Shown here: positions 31,451-42,149 of the stretch, piece after piece
Layout: each line of letters starts with the position of its first letter
Numbering within the stretch: position 1 is the first letter of the stretch
From: Candidatus Cloacimonadales bacterium
Lineage (GTDB): Bacteria; Cloacimonadota; Cloacimonadia; Cloacimonadales; DAONDQ01
DNA: 64,000 nt
NCBI GenBank assembly: GCA_963662275.1
Contig: OY759316.1
Coordinates: forward strand, 1,344,001 to 1,408,000
Reading direction: 5' to 3'
The notes under the pieces: generated by a model
Databases searched by the model: none
The model's input: the letters and a program-made list of their open reading frames with translations, nothing else
What the model was told of the DNA's origin: nothing
Position numbers and translations under genes: made by a program

Positions 31451-33943
31451 CTATTTCAGCAGCATCATTTTTTTCATGACCTGGTGTTCAGCAGTCTGCA
31501 AGCGGGCAAAATATATACCGCTGCTCACTGCTTCACCATTTTCATTATTGCCGTCCCATTTGATTTTGTGAGAACCTTCCGTTTGCCAGCCATCCCACAG
31601 AGTTTTTACCAGTTGTCCCTTCACATTATAAATCTGCAGGGAAGACGAACCGGCTTTAACCGTATTGTACTCAATGACAGTGCTGGGATTGAAAGGATTG
31701 GGATAACAGGTCATTCGTATCGGTACTTCTGCAGCAGGTGTCATATATGATAGCCTGGTACCTGCATAAAGGTAATCATCTCCCTTATGCAGTTTCAAAG
31801 GCGACTGTGTAATGACCCTGGTTTGAGGATCATAGACGTAGGCTGTGGAAATGTGCTGCAGACCGGCTTTCGATTCATAGTATTTGACGATTTCCAGTTC
31901 CGTGTCTTCCGGAAGATCAAGGACATAAGCATTGATTTCCATCAGCGTATCATCAACAACAGAAGCTCCTTTGCAGACACCGTCCGCATAAACAGCGACC
32001 TCTTTCAATCCGGTTTCTGCTCCGAGAGCGATAAAGACAGGCAGGTAATCCGCTTTCTCATTGAAGGTGAAATATTCCGGTATTTCCCTGACTACATGGG
32101 GTATTGGATTAATCCGATTCCAGATAAAACTCGGAACTTCATTATAGCATTTGATGATTGCCATATCACCATAATTGAACTGTCTTTTTCCGCTGGAAAT
32201 CATCCAGCCGTCTTTAGTTCTTGCCATAAACCAGGTTTGGGTTTGAATCGAATACACATTTGCCCAGATGGAAGCCAGGGCTTTTTCCGGAGACTGGGAT
32301 TCCGGTAGAAAATATCCAACCCAGTTTTCAATGCGGCTGCCATACAGGTGAAGCGGTGTATCCGGTGAACATCTCGGTGCTGTGATCGAAAGCTCAGAAT
32401 AATCTGCGGGTGTAGTAATCAGAGCTTTGTAGCCTTGGGGTGAAGTGAGTAAATGTGATGGATTTGTCCATTCATGAAAATCACATAAATAATATAAATG
32501 TGAAAAACCACTCACCCATTCTTCATGATCCAGAACACCTGTGTTGGCAAGATGTTCCATAACATTCCCAATCTGAGGATTCGTGTCATAGACATCCAGG
32601 ACGGGATAACAGAGCCAGGTCCAGCCATGATGGCTGGAATCAGTACCGTAGAACTTGTAGTTGCGTGTTTCCTGGGAAACAGGTAATGCTCCCATATCAC
32701 TACGGGTATTATCAGCATCAGGAAGTTCAGGATCACCGGCATCAATACACGGGCTTTTACAGTTTGATTCCCAGGCTAGCGAGAAGTCATCAGACTCCAG
32801 GTTCTTAAACCCGGGATCAAGATTAATAGTGCCTGTATTAACCGTCGGATATACGGTATTACCAATATCGCAATAGGTAATTGTCTGGGGATATTCATTG
32901 CTGGAACCAAACGCGCCATTAGTTGCCAGTTGTATTGGCAGGTCATTATGCATCGCATCCTGGTTATGATAAATAATGCAATTGCTTAAAACTGCCTGAC
33001 CGCCCAGATTGCCGGAAGCTCTCTCAAAATAAACGCCGACAGCATTGGTAGATGATATGTGATTATGAGCAACTGTGCAATAATCCATGATAAATCTCAC
33101 CTTGTCCGGACCCAAAAAGTTGAATGCATCCGCTGCATAGATGGCACAGGAATGTGAGAAGTTATCGTATACCTGGCAACTGCCGAATAGGACATTGTAG
33201 GCATTTGACTGATTTTCTGCAGCATGATTTACTTCAAATGCTCCGGCATATCCCGTTGGAGCAGAATTCGTATAAATCCCGCATGCCTGGACTGTATGCG
33301 TACCTTCTTCAATATACAAGCCTCCTCCGGAACTTTCATACCCTCCGTCATCTGCGACTGAATTACTGTATATTTTACAATTTGTAATGCTGCTGCTTCC
33401 CCGCATGAGGGCAATGCCCCCGCCATGAAGAGCAGTATTGTTCCTGATATCGCAATGATCAATATTTACATTTATGGCATTTTTACAGAATACTCCGCCG
33501 CCTCTGCGCTCATTATGCCCATTTGCCGAAATTAATGTACCACCGCCATTTTTCAGTGTGAAACCTTTCAGATAAATGCTTACACCCGGAGTGACACAAT
33601 TAATGATCTCACAGGCGGAATCCGTTAATTGAGTTCCCGTGTTTCCGTGGATCATGGTGGAGCCGATAAAATTGGAATTATTCGCTTCACAGTAACGGCT
33701 CTCAATCGTCAGGTTAGACGTCCTTCCTGAAATGATAATCGGTCCATAGTCACCGGGATAAACAATGATCCTGACAGCTTCGTTAGGATTCATACACGAA
33801 ATTGCAGTGTAAATTTGCTGGAATGGAGAGGCAAGCGTACCTATCCCGCCGGTTGAAGATGTGATGTTGACATAAAGCGTTTGAAGTGAGAATAAGATAG
33901 AAGTGAGCGTGAGCAGCGTTCCCAAGAAAATGACTCGTTTCAT
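31451..33943 (-). CDS. Secreted beta-helix protein with FlgD-Ig/T9SS-type C-terminal domain
   Basis: Signal peptide, GGG/NN beta-helix repeats, SPCIDAGDP..DMGA, CYPNPFNPST...YNVKGQLV...SSGIYF...KMMLLK. Confidence 0.88.
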   Translation of the reverse strand: MKRVIFLGTLLTLTSILFSLQTLYVNITSSTGGIGTLASPFQQIYTAISCMNPNEAVRIIVYPGDYGPIIISGRTSNLTIESRYCEANNSNFIGSTMIHGNTGTQLTDSACEIINCVTPGVSIYLKGFTLKNGGGTLISANGHNERRGGGVFCKNAINVNIDHCDIRNNTALHGGGIALMRGSSSITNCKIYSNSVADDGGYESSGGGLYIEEGTHTVQACGIYTNSAPTGYAGAFEVNHAAENQSNAYNVLFGSCQVYDNFSHSCAIYAADAFNFLGPDKVRFIMDYCTVAHNHISSTNAVGVYFERASGNLGGQAVLSNCIIYHNQDAMHNDLPIQLATNGAFGSSNEYPQTITYCDIGNTVYPTVNTGTINLDPGFKNLESDDFSLAWESNCKSPCIDAGDPELPDADNTRSDMGALPVSQETRNYKFYGTDSSHHGWTWLCYPVLDVYDTNPQIGNVMEHLANTGVLDHEEWVSGFSHLYYLCDFHEWTNPSHLLTSPQGYKALITTPADYSELSITAPRCSPDTPLHLYGSRIENWVGYFLPESQSPEKALASIWANVYSIQTQTWFMARTKDGWMISSGKRQFNYGDMAIIKCYNEVPSFIWNRINPIPHVVREIPEYFTFNEKADYLPVFIALGAETGLKEVAVYADGVCKGASVVDDTLMEINAYVLDLPEDTELEIVKYYESKAGLQHISTAYVYDPQTRVITQSPLKLHKGDDYLYAGTRLSYMTPAAEVPIRMTCYPNPFNPSTVIEYNTVKAGSSSLQIYNVKGQLVKTLWDGWQTEGSHKIKWDGNNENGEAVSSGIYFARLQTAEHQVMKKMMLLK

Positions 33944-34565
33944 TTTTTCCTCCGTGGGTTTTCCTAAAACGTGTATGCCTTAATAGTAATCATTATAATT
34001 ATATGTCAAGAAAAAGATGAAAATAAATTAATAATTAAAAACAAATTGAATATGATGATATTTCTAACTATATATGGGATCATTTGCAGTCGAGACATGG
34101 AACGCTGTTTTCAAACGGCTATGCTTCCGGATAAACTACTATCATTCCACTTAATTGATACCAGTTTCATTCCTGTTTCAATCCTGTTTCATTCCTGTTT
34201 AATTCCTGTTTCGAGAAATTGGTATGAGATAGGATTAATATTTGTTTGATCTTGCTATATATCAAGTATGCACTTTGAGGAAAGATGTCGGTGTATGGTG
34301 GAGATTAGGATGATTATATGGTTATATTATGGATGATCATATTATGGAATTGTCGAGGAACGAGTCCGAATGACGTTACTCTATTAGCTCAGGAAGTCCT
34401 TCCTGGGAAAAGTAGGGGTCCGCGTCAGCAGACCCATTCTGGTTCAGAGTCCGGTAGGACGGAACAAGACTGTAGCGCTTACTTAAGGAGGTTTTTTTTT
34501 GTGGTCACTGCTTCAGCTTGTGAGTAATGATCTTTAGGTCATAGTCTTCCATCCTGTGAGCTACC

Positions 34566-34792
34566 GGAACGCCTGACCCCGTCAGGTGGCATAACGCACC
34601 CCGTGCGTTTCTATCTCCAAGCTGAAGCAGGATCGGCATCCTTCTCTACAAAGAAGGCAACCTGAAGGATGCCACTACCAAAGAAAGACAGCAAGATCGG
34701 CGTCTTGCTTTACAACCGCGTAAATGCGGAGCTACGAAGACCAACCGCGTGAATGCGGAGCTACGAAACAGCAGGATCGGAATCTTATGCCA
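34566..34792 (-). repeat. REP/BIME-like cluster (same hairpin families as 1965-2163)
   Basis: Double hairpin plus GTAG/GTAA-footed palindromes. Confidence 0.85.
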
Positions 34793-34888
34793 TGTATTCC
34801 ATGAACTTCATTGACAATCATTTCCAACTTGCCAGAACTTGTCATGATGTTATATTAATTAATAAATACAAGACTCGTGGGCAGCCAT

Positions 34889-36598
34889 ATGAATATAATT
34901 ACAGAACATAATCTCCTTATTTTCCTGGTGCAATTTGCTTTGATCCTGGGTCTGAGCAAACTCCTCGGTCTTATTTTTATCAAATGGAAACAATCGACAC
35001 TCACCGCTGAAATTCTTGTAGGTTTAATTCTAAGTGTAACGATACTAGGCAGATTAGCCCCATCGTTACGTGCTGTAATATTTCCGGCTGATAAAATCCA
35101 GGATTCCATGCTGCAGACGATTGCCTGGTTGGGTAACTTGTATCTGCTTATGGAAACCGGTCTTGAGATAAATTTCTCCCAGGTATGGAAGCAGAGAGGA
35201 CAGGCATTGATCATTGCCTTGTCGGATATCGTTATTCCTGTGCTTCTATTAACAGTGCCCATGATGCTTATCACAAATCATTATATGCCTAATGCCGGAA
35301 ATCCATGGATTCTTTCAGCTTTTCTGGCTATGATTCTTTCCATCAGCGCTTTACCTGTCACAGCTCGTGTTTTGTATGATTTACATATCCTGAAATCGGA
35401 CTTCGGTTTCCTGATTGTGTCAACTCTTGCCATCAACGACGTTATCGGATGGGTTGCGATTAGTCTTGTCTTAAAACTCCTGGAGCAGTCTGTATTTGAT
35501 TTTATGCTGATCTTCAAATTCATCTCTCTAATAGTGCTTTTTATTGTAATCAGCATGACTGTGCTTAGAAAATCAATTGATAAAATAATGTCATTGATTC
35601 ATGATAAATATGGTTCTGATAGCGGAATTAAGACATCCCTGGTCTTTTTAATTGGAATGCTATTTGGTGCAATGACATTAGCCTTGGGAATTCATTCAAT
35701 GTTGGGATTCTTTATTGCCGGCATTACGGTGGGGGCTGCTAAGCACTTTTCCGATAATGACAGGCATGTGATGAATCGAATGGTACATTCCATTTTCATC
35801 CCTGTATTCTTTGCCAATATCGGATTACATCTGAATTTCATCTCCAGTTTTGACGTTCGGTTAGTTTTAGTTTTTACGATATTTGGGATGCTTATCCGAT
35901 ATTCAGGTGCCTATTGTGGAGCAATCTTTGCCAAGTTGGAAAAATTCAGTTGGAATCCAATTGCTATCTGCCATACAGCGGGTGGAGAAATGCATATCGT
36001 AGTGGCAGGTTTAGCCTATTCAGCCAATTTGATATCTGAACCAATATTCCTGGCGATCGTAATTTCATCTATCCTTTCTACAGTTTCTTTGGGTCCGCTT
36101 TTATCACGAGCAATCAAAAAACAACGCGAAAGCATACTTGATGTTGTATTTGCTCAAGATTCCATCAATACCGGATTGAATTTTCAAGATAAAGAGGAAG
36201 CCCTTGTATATCTGGCGAAATCTGTTTCTAATCGTACCGGTATAGCCTTTGAACCTGTATATAATGAAATTATGAAAAGAGAGGAAAGAATGACGACAGC
36301 TATCGGGCACGGCGTGGCTATTCCTCATGCCAGGCTGGAAGGTATCAATTATCCACTGATTCTATTGGTTAGAAATAATACGGGGCTGGAATGGGATAGC
36401 CCTGATGATAAACTGGTACGTTTGATATTTCTTTTAATCACACCTGCTCATAACGAAAAAATTCAATTACAGATATTGCAGGCTTTAGCAAAAGCTCTAT
36501 CCCAACCTGATTTGATGGATAAACTTAAAAATGCAGCGAATCCTAAGCAATTATGGGAAGATTTAAGAGACCAATTCAGTGAATTGAAATTGAGCTAG
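34889..36598 (+). CDS. CPA2-type cation/H+ antiporter fused to a C-terminal PTS EIIA (Fru/Ntr-like) domain
   Basis: AEILVG, GLEI, SISALPV, INDVIGW, about 12 TM; C-term KREERMTTAIGHGVAIPHAR. Confidence 0.88.
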   Translation: MNIITEHNLLIFLVQFALILGLSKLLGLIFIKWKQSTLTAEILVGLILSVTILGRLAPSLRAVIFPADKIQDSMLQTIAWLGNLYLLMETGLEINFSQVWKQRGQALIIALSDIVIPVLLLTVPMMLITNHYMPNAGNPWILSAFLAMILSISALPVTARVLYDLHILKSDFGFLIVSTLAINDVIGWVAISLVLKLLEQSVFDFMLIFKFISLIVLFIVISMTVLRKSIDKIMSLIHDKYGSDSGIKTSLVFLIGMLFGAMTLALGIHSMLGFFIAGITVGAAKHFSDNDRHVMNRMVHSIFIPVFFANIGLHLNFISSFDVRLVLVFTIFGMLIRYSGAYCGAIFAKLEKFSWNPIAICHTAGGEMHIVVAGLAYSANLISEPIFLAIVISSILSTVSLGPLLSRAIKKQRESILDVVFAQDSINTGLNFQDKEEALVYLAKSVSNRTGIAFEPVYNEIMKREERMTTAIGHGVAIPHARLEGINYPLILLVRNNTGLEWDSPDDKLVRLIFLLITPAHNEKIQLQILQALAKALSQPDLMDKLKNAANPKQLWEDLRDQFSELKLS

Positions 36599-36747
36599 TA
36601 TGACACTGAATGATAGTGTACTTTCGTCACCCCGATAATAACAGATGCATTTCGAGTTCGCTCAATAACCATCTATTTACTCGGAGAACTCAGCTTTCAG
36701 CCCCGGCAGCGAAAACCTGTTTTCTGGGAAGTTCAAAATCGAGTAGG

Positions 36748-38898
36748 TTATTCCCCCCGATACACATTGATTGCATCCAGTATTTCGTTACGGATCAGTG
36801 TTTCATCATTCATGGCTATGATCTCTGCTATCTTCTTTGGTTGCCTTGTGAGCCTGCTGATACTTGCCAGGATTCGAATATGGATATTGGCATCCTTTTC
36901 CGGAGTCAGGATTAGAAATACAAGATATGTTGGTTTTTTATCGATAGAACCAAAATCAAAGCCTTCTTTTTTTATGCCGAATGCCACTAAAGGCTCTGAA
37001 ACCTCATTAATGTGTGCATGTGGAATGGCTAATCCATATGCCAAGCCTGCACTAAGATATTTTTCACGTTCCATCACAGAATAATAGATAGATTTGGTTT
37101 GTTTAACCTTACCTGCAATTCGTAATTTTTCAATCAGTTCCCAGACAATACCTTCCTTACTCTCTGCTTTAAGTTCGGGAATAATGTGTGATATGGGTAA
37201 AAAGAAATCAATCTCCTTTTCATTTTCTTTTTCATTTTCCACAGTAAGAGCAAATACATCATCCATGCTAAGAATACTCGTTACTGACTGTTTTAAGAAA
37301 AAGGCTGCTTCATGTACCATTCTGCGCGTAAAGATAACATTATCAACATCTGTTTGCAGTATTATTCTTTTTGGCTCATGAATCAATGATATATTTGTGT
37401 TATGCCTTCGAAGATTGTAGTAGAGGGAATCCGGATTGACCTGGTTCACAAAGAAACCCATGGATTGGAACTGCAGGATAATTTTGTGTGTCATCAATTC
37501 CGTCAAATCCTCATCATCCAAGTTATACTCCAAGGTTTCTTTCTCAATCATTAAAAGATCATGTCGCATACCTTTCTTTGCGCTTTTGAGAGCATTGCTC
37601 AACAATGGAGGTGAAATCAATGTAGTCACCATAGTCATGAAGATGGCAATACCAAAAATATTGTATGTCGGATCTGAAAGAAAACCGTATGACAAGCCGA
37701 TACCGGCAATGATCAAAGCCACTTCACCTCGAGGAATCATACCCAATCCAATACGATTTGCACCTCGAAAGTTGAAATTCATTAATAGCGGTGGTAACCC
37801 GCATCCAATATACTTGGCTAGGATTGCTCCAACTGTGTAAACCATACCAAATATTAAAGTCGTAGGACTGAATAATTCCCGAATATTCACAAGCATTCCC
37901 ATGACGGTGAAAAATACTGGAATAAAGAATACCCGCAACGGATGCATTGCTTCCTGGATAGCAAAGCTGATATCTGTCTTAGATAATGTCAGACCCACGA
38001 CATAAGCACCGATTATCATCGCCAAACCAGCACGTTCGAACAAGCCAGCGATAATTAAAGCGATACTGAATGCCATTATGGAGAAGATAAAGCGGTCTTT
38101 GAATATCTTCAGGAAGTTTCCGATTTTACGGGCAAAATACAAACCAATAAGGGTCACACTCAGCCAGATACCAATTTCCTTGAAGGCAATTAAGCCGATC
38201 TTATCCCAACTCAATGTACTTCCATTTCCAGCTTTTATATGTAATGACATACCCAAAACAACTGCTAATAGGACAATACCTAGGACATCATCAATAACTG
38301 CACCTGAAATAATAGTTACTCCTTCCGGAGTATCCATTTTCTTTTGATCTGAGAGTATTCGAGCCGTTATTCCTACAGATGTTGCAGTACTCATGATACC
38401 CATAAACATACATTTTGGGTCTAATAAGGGTAGATGTAAAAACAATTGTGCTGTATATGCACCTATGAAAAACGAAAAAATGATACCGCTAATGCCAACG
38501 ATCGTCCCTGCTAGGGAAAAGCGGATAAAGAGAGTCAAGTCAGTTTCCAGGCCTGACATAAAGAGTAAGATAATGGAAGCGATAATCGCAATGCCATATA
38601 ATTCAGGTTGGATAGGGAAATCAGCATTAGTACTGGCAAAGAGTCCATGTTCGAAACCAGGAATAGGTATTGATCCTAATAAGTATGGACCTATAATCAC
38701 ACCTACCAGTAATTCACCGATTACGCCAGGAATGCCAATTTTCTCGACCAGCATAGCTCCAAATCTTGCGGCAATAATGATAATTCCAAGCTGCATGACC
38801 AGGTTTGGCATTCTTTCTATAATGTCTGTTTGAATTATTCCATTACCGAATAGTGCAGTAACTCCAAACGTGAATAGAATCATCCACCAGTATTTCAT
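36748..38898 (-). CDS. CPA2 (NapA/GerN-like) cation/H+ antiporter fused to a C-terminal PTS EIIA domain
   Basis: Likely start MKYWW; GELLVG, GLETD, ATSVGITAR, AVIDDV, MIPRGEV; C-term ERE...GLAIPHAH. Confidence 0.9.
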   Translation of the reverse strand: MKYWWMILFTFGVTALFGNGIIQTDIIERMPNLVMQLGIIIIAARFGAMLVEKIGIPGVIGELLVGVIIGPYLLGSIPIPGFEHGLFASTNADFPIQPELYGIAIIASIILLFMSGLETDLTLFIRFSLAGTIVGISGIIFSFFIGAYTAQLFLHLPLLDPKCMFMGIMSTATSVGITARILSDQKKMDTPEGVTIISGAVIDDVLGIVLLAVVLGMSLHIKAGNGSTLSWDKIGLIAFKEIGIWLSVTLIGLYFARKIGNFLKIFKDRFIFSIMAFSIALIIAGLFERAGLAMIIGAYVVGLTLSKTDISFAIQEAMHPLRVFFIPVFFTVMGMLVNIRELFSPTTLIFGMVYTVGAILAKYIGCGLPPLLMNFNFRGANRIGLGMIPRGEVALIIAGIGLSYGFLSDPTYNIFGIAIFMTMVTTLISPPLLSNALKSAKKGMRHDLLMIEKETLEYNLDDEDLTELMTHKIILQFQSMGFFVNQVNPDSLYYNLRRHNTNISLIHEPKRIILQTDVDNVIFTRRMVHEAAFFLKQSVTSILSMDDVFALTVENEKENEKEIDFFLPISHIIPELKAESKEGIVWELIEKLRIAGKVKQTKSIYYSVMEREKYLSAGLAYGLAIPHAHINEVSEPLVAFGIKKEGFDFGSIDKKPTYLVFLILTPEKDANIHIRILASISRLTRQPKKIAEIIAMNDETLIRNEILDAINVYRGE

Positions 38899-39001
38899 AT
38901 GGACTCCAATGTAGTTGATTACAATTGAAAAGACAGTTATATCTTTTTTATGAGAACATTTCTGCTTCACTTCCAGGATATAACTGCCTTAAGAAAACTG
39001 A

Positions 39002-40330
39002 TTATTCTATTCCAGTATAAGCTAATTCCCCGTGTTGGGTTTCATCCAGTCCGATTGTCTCATCCACTTCGGTTACTTTGACGGGAACGATAAAGTTAAT
39101 AATATGCAGCATGATTAGAGTAAAGATAAAGGCATATAATGATGCAAATGCAACAGCAATTAACTGAACCAAAAAGAAGTGGGGATTACCAGTAAGTAAA
39201 CCACCACCCTTAGCAACAGGATTTACTGCTTCATATGCAAAGACACCAAGAAGAATGGTTCCTGTGACACCACCGACACCATGAACACCCCAGACATCAA
39301 GAGCATCATCCCATTTCATCTTATTTTTGAAATTAACAGCGATATAGCAGACAAGACCAGCAATCATACCAATGATCGGAGCAGCCCATAAAGGAACAAA
39401 ACCGGCACATGGAGTGATTGTTGCCAAGCCAGCAACAGCACCTGTCATTAATCCGACAAATTTGGGTTTTCCTTCTGCTAACCAAGAAACGAGTAACCAG
39501 GTTACACCTGCAAAGGATGCAGCTACGTCGGTATTCAAAAAAGCTGTAGCAGTGATGGAATCTACCTGTAACTCACTTCCTGCATTAAAACCATACCAAC
39601 CGAACCAAAGAAGTCCAGTTCCGATCGCTACTAAAGGAATGTTATGATTTCCCTTGTCTATGACTTTTCGTTTCCCAACATAAATCACAGAAGCTAATGC
39701 AGCAAAACCAGCGGTTGCATGAACAACAATACCACCGGCAAAATCAAGTACACCATAGGCTGACATGATTCCACCGCCCCAAATCATATGAGTGAAAGGG
39801 AAGTAGACTAAAAACAACCAGGCAACGAGGAATATCAGGTAGGATTTAAAAGATACTCGATTAGCAAAAGCACCTGTAATAAGGGCTGGTGTAATGATTG
39901 CAAACATCATTTGGTAAGCGATGAATACGATTTCAGGGATTTGACTGTTACCCATATAAATGCTATTCAAATTAACACCATGCAGGAACGCTTTATCCAA
40001 ATTACCCATAATTCCCATCCAGTCATTTCCTTGCGCCAAGGTGCCACTAAAACATAGTGAATATCCAGCGATATACCAGATAACAGTTGTTAAACATAAG
40101 GATACAAAACTCTGCATCATGATTGTGATGACATTTTTCCTGCCTACTAATCCTCCATAGAAAAATGCCAGTCCAGGTGTCATTAGCATTACAAGACTGC
40201 AGCATAGCAGCATAAACCCTGTACTACCAGTATCGAATAAGGGCTTTGTTCCAACTTGAGTTGCGAGTGCTTGAACAGTTGTTTTCAAACTATCCAAAGC
40301 GATTGTGGGATCAACATTGACCAATGGCAT
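39002..40330 (-). CDS. amt: Ammonium transporter, Amt family
   Basis: MTPGLAFFYGG, QMMFAIIT, DFAGGIVVH, LWFGWYGFNAGS, DDALDVWGVHG; likely start MPLVNV. Confidence 0.96.
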   Translation of the reverse strand: MPLVNVDPTIALDSLKTTVQALATQVGTKPLFDTGSTGFMLLCCSLVMLMTPGLAFFYGGLVGRKNVITIMMQSFVSLCLTTVIWYIAGYSLCFSGTLAQGNDWMGIMGNLDKAFLHGVNLNSIYMGNSQIPEIVFIAYQMMFAIITPALITGAFANRVSFKSYLIFLVAWLFLVYFPFTHMIWGGGIMSAYGVLDFAGGIVVHATAGFAALASVIYVGKRKVIDKGNHNIPLVAIGTGLLWFGWYGFNAGSELQVDSITATAFLNTDVAASFAGVTWLLVSWLAEGKPKFVGLMTGAVAGLATITPCAGFVPLWAAPIIGMIAGLVCYIAVNFKNKMKWDDALDVWGVHGVGGVTGTILLGVFAYEAVNPVAKGGGLLTGNPHFFLVQLIAVAFASLYAFIFTLIMLHIINFIVPVKVTEVDETIGLDETQHGELAYTGIE

Positions 40331-40591
40331 AAGATACTCCTTTTTTGATATAATGATCTCATAGAGCACTACCCAGGACAATCATGTTGAGTTTATTAAT
40401 GGCATATCGAAGAACGTATATGTATCTACCATAACTGGCAATGACAAATAGCACTGATCGTTTCGTGATAGATACAGATAATATTTCGCTTATCGATTCA
40501 ACCATTCGATAAATACTGAATAGTGTTTATCTCCAATTCAAAGAATGTTTTTGGTAAATCGAGATTATTGTGTCAAGTAAAGATTCTGTCA

Positions 40592-41833
40592 TTACTTCAT
40601 TTTTGCTCTTGCTAAGATTCCTTCTGCAATGCCTCCTTTCTGTCCTTCTGCCCTTTCCTCCTTCGGAGCTTCCGGAATGTCTAACAGCAATTCATTTACA
40701 TCTGCATACACGAGCTTGGGCTTACCAGTAAGAAAGATGATCTTTCCTGTAATCAAACCTGCGATAAGAGCAATGACAATCGTGATAAAGATACCTTTTA
40801 ACTGATTGCCCCGATTAATTCCAGCTACGACAAACAGGGCTGCCAAACCGCCCATTAAACCAGGTAAACCATGTAGATTCATAACACCACAAGTATCAAT
40901 TTTCTTCAAAGAATTTTGCCATTTATTTTGTAAAACAGCAAACCCCAATGTAGATATCCCACCAGCCAATAGACCGATCGTAAAAGCTATTCCCGGTGTT
41001 GTGAGATTGCATGTACTCCCAATGGCTACCCCGCCAGCTAATGTGGCATTGGCAATATCAGCAGTTGCTACTTTTCCTCTTAAGAGCAGCGAAACAAAAT
41101 AGGTTATCAGGGTTGAACCACATAACGCTAAAATTACATTTACAATTGTGATTGGCACTTGGGCAGGTGGAACTAAAGCGGAACAGAAACTGGGCCAAAA
41201 TACCCATAATACCATACTGCCCAATAGGGAAAAGCGTTCACTTGTTGCATTTACTTCAATAGGCGTCTCGTAATCTTTAATAGTTGTCAGTGACATGATT
41301 GCACCTAAACCAAATAAAGCACCAAACGCATGTATAACGATTGATCCACCTGTATCCATAACCGTTCCTGCAGGAATCAAACCTAATCCACCACCAAGTA
41401 AGATCCATTCATTAAGTGCATATGTTGGTACGAAACATAATCCAAGTAATAGGTATTGCCAGAATTTGATTCTTCCTAGTACAGCTCCGGCACAGATGAG
41501 TAAACTGGCTGCTGCAAATTCTGAGAGAATGATCTTATCAACCATTCCATTTTCTTCACCCATAATACCATAAGAAGCTTTCAGGAAATATAATGGAATA
41601 GCAATACTCACTAACAAATAGGTCGCTGTGAGGGCAGATCTCCCATATTTTTTTACAAAGACCATCAGGAAACCAAAGCCAACGAGAAGCATAACCATGA
41701 TGTGAATGGCGCGGAAGTATTTTAAAACATTCACTACATCATTGATATTGTTATCAGCAGGTACTGCAATTGAATAACCTAGGGTGGTTAAGCCTAACAA
41801 GATGAATAAAACAGCTAATTTTAAACGATTCAT
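40592..41833 (-). CDS. Rh50-type (Rhesus family) ammonium/gas channel
   Basis: Rh signatures HIMVMLLVGFGFLM..KKYG, GAVLGR, DTGGSIVIHAFG, LWVFWPSF, NATLAGGVAIG, DTCGVMNLHGLPG. Confidence 0.9.
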   Translation of the reverse strand: MNRLKLAVLFILLGLTTLGYSIAVPADNNINDVVNVLKYFRAIHIMVMLLVGFGFLMVFVKKYGRSALTATYLLVSIAIPLYFLKASYGIMGEENGMVDKIILSEFAAASLLICAGAVLGRIKFWQYLLLGLCFVPTYALNEWILLGGGLGLIPAGTVMDTGGSIVIHAFGALFGLGAIMSLTTIKDYETPIEVNATSERFSLLGSMVLWVFWPSFCSALVPPAQVPITIVNVILALCGSTLITYFVSLLLRGKVATADIANATLAGGVAIGSTCNLTTPGIAFTIGLLAGGISTLGFAVLQNKWQNSLKKIDTCGVMNLHGLPGLMGGLAALFVVAGINRGNQLKGIFITIVIALIAGLITGKIIFLTGKPKLVYADVNELLLDIPEAPKEERAEGQKGGIAEGILARAKMK

Positions 41834-42149
41834 TTGTTTCTCCTATATATTTTGAATTTTGCAAATATTACTCGAATTTCGGAATCACAACTAAAATAAA
41901 ACATGTCTTTCCCCAAAGGAATGGACATACTAGGCGAGAACTAGGGCATTTGATATAAATAGTAATTAGCGTCAAGAAATTATCGGAGGAACAAGTGAAA
42001 GTGAATTTCGAGATATTTTAATTGCTTCAAGAAAAGTAGTTAAGCTCAAGGATTCATTCATTTCTCCTGGGCGATCGTATCTGTACGAGTCGAATTAGTG
42101 AGCTGCACTTTAGTCGATTCGTCATATTTACTCTCTTACTAATGTTCAT

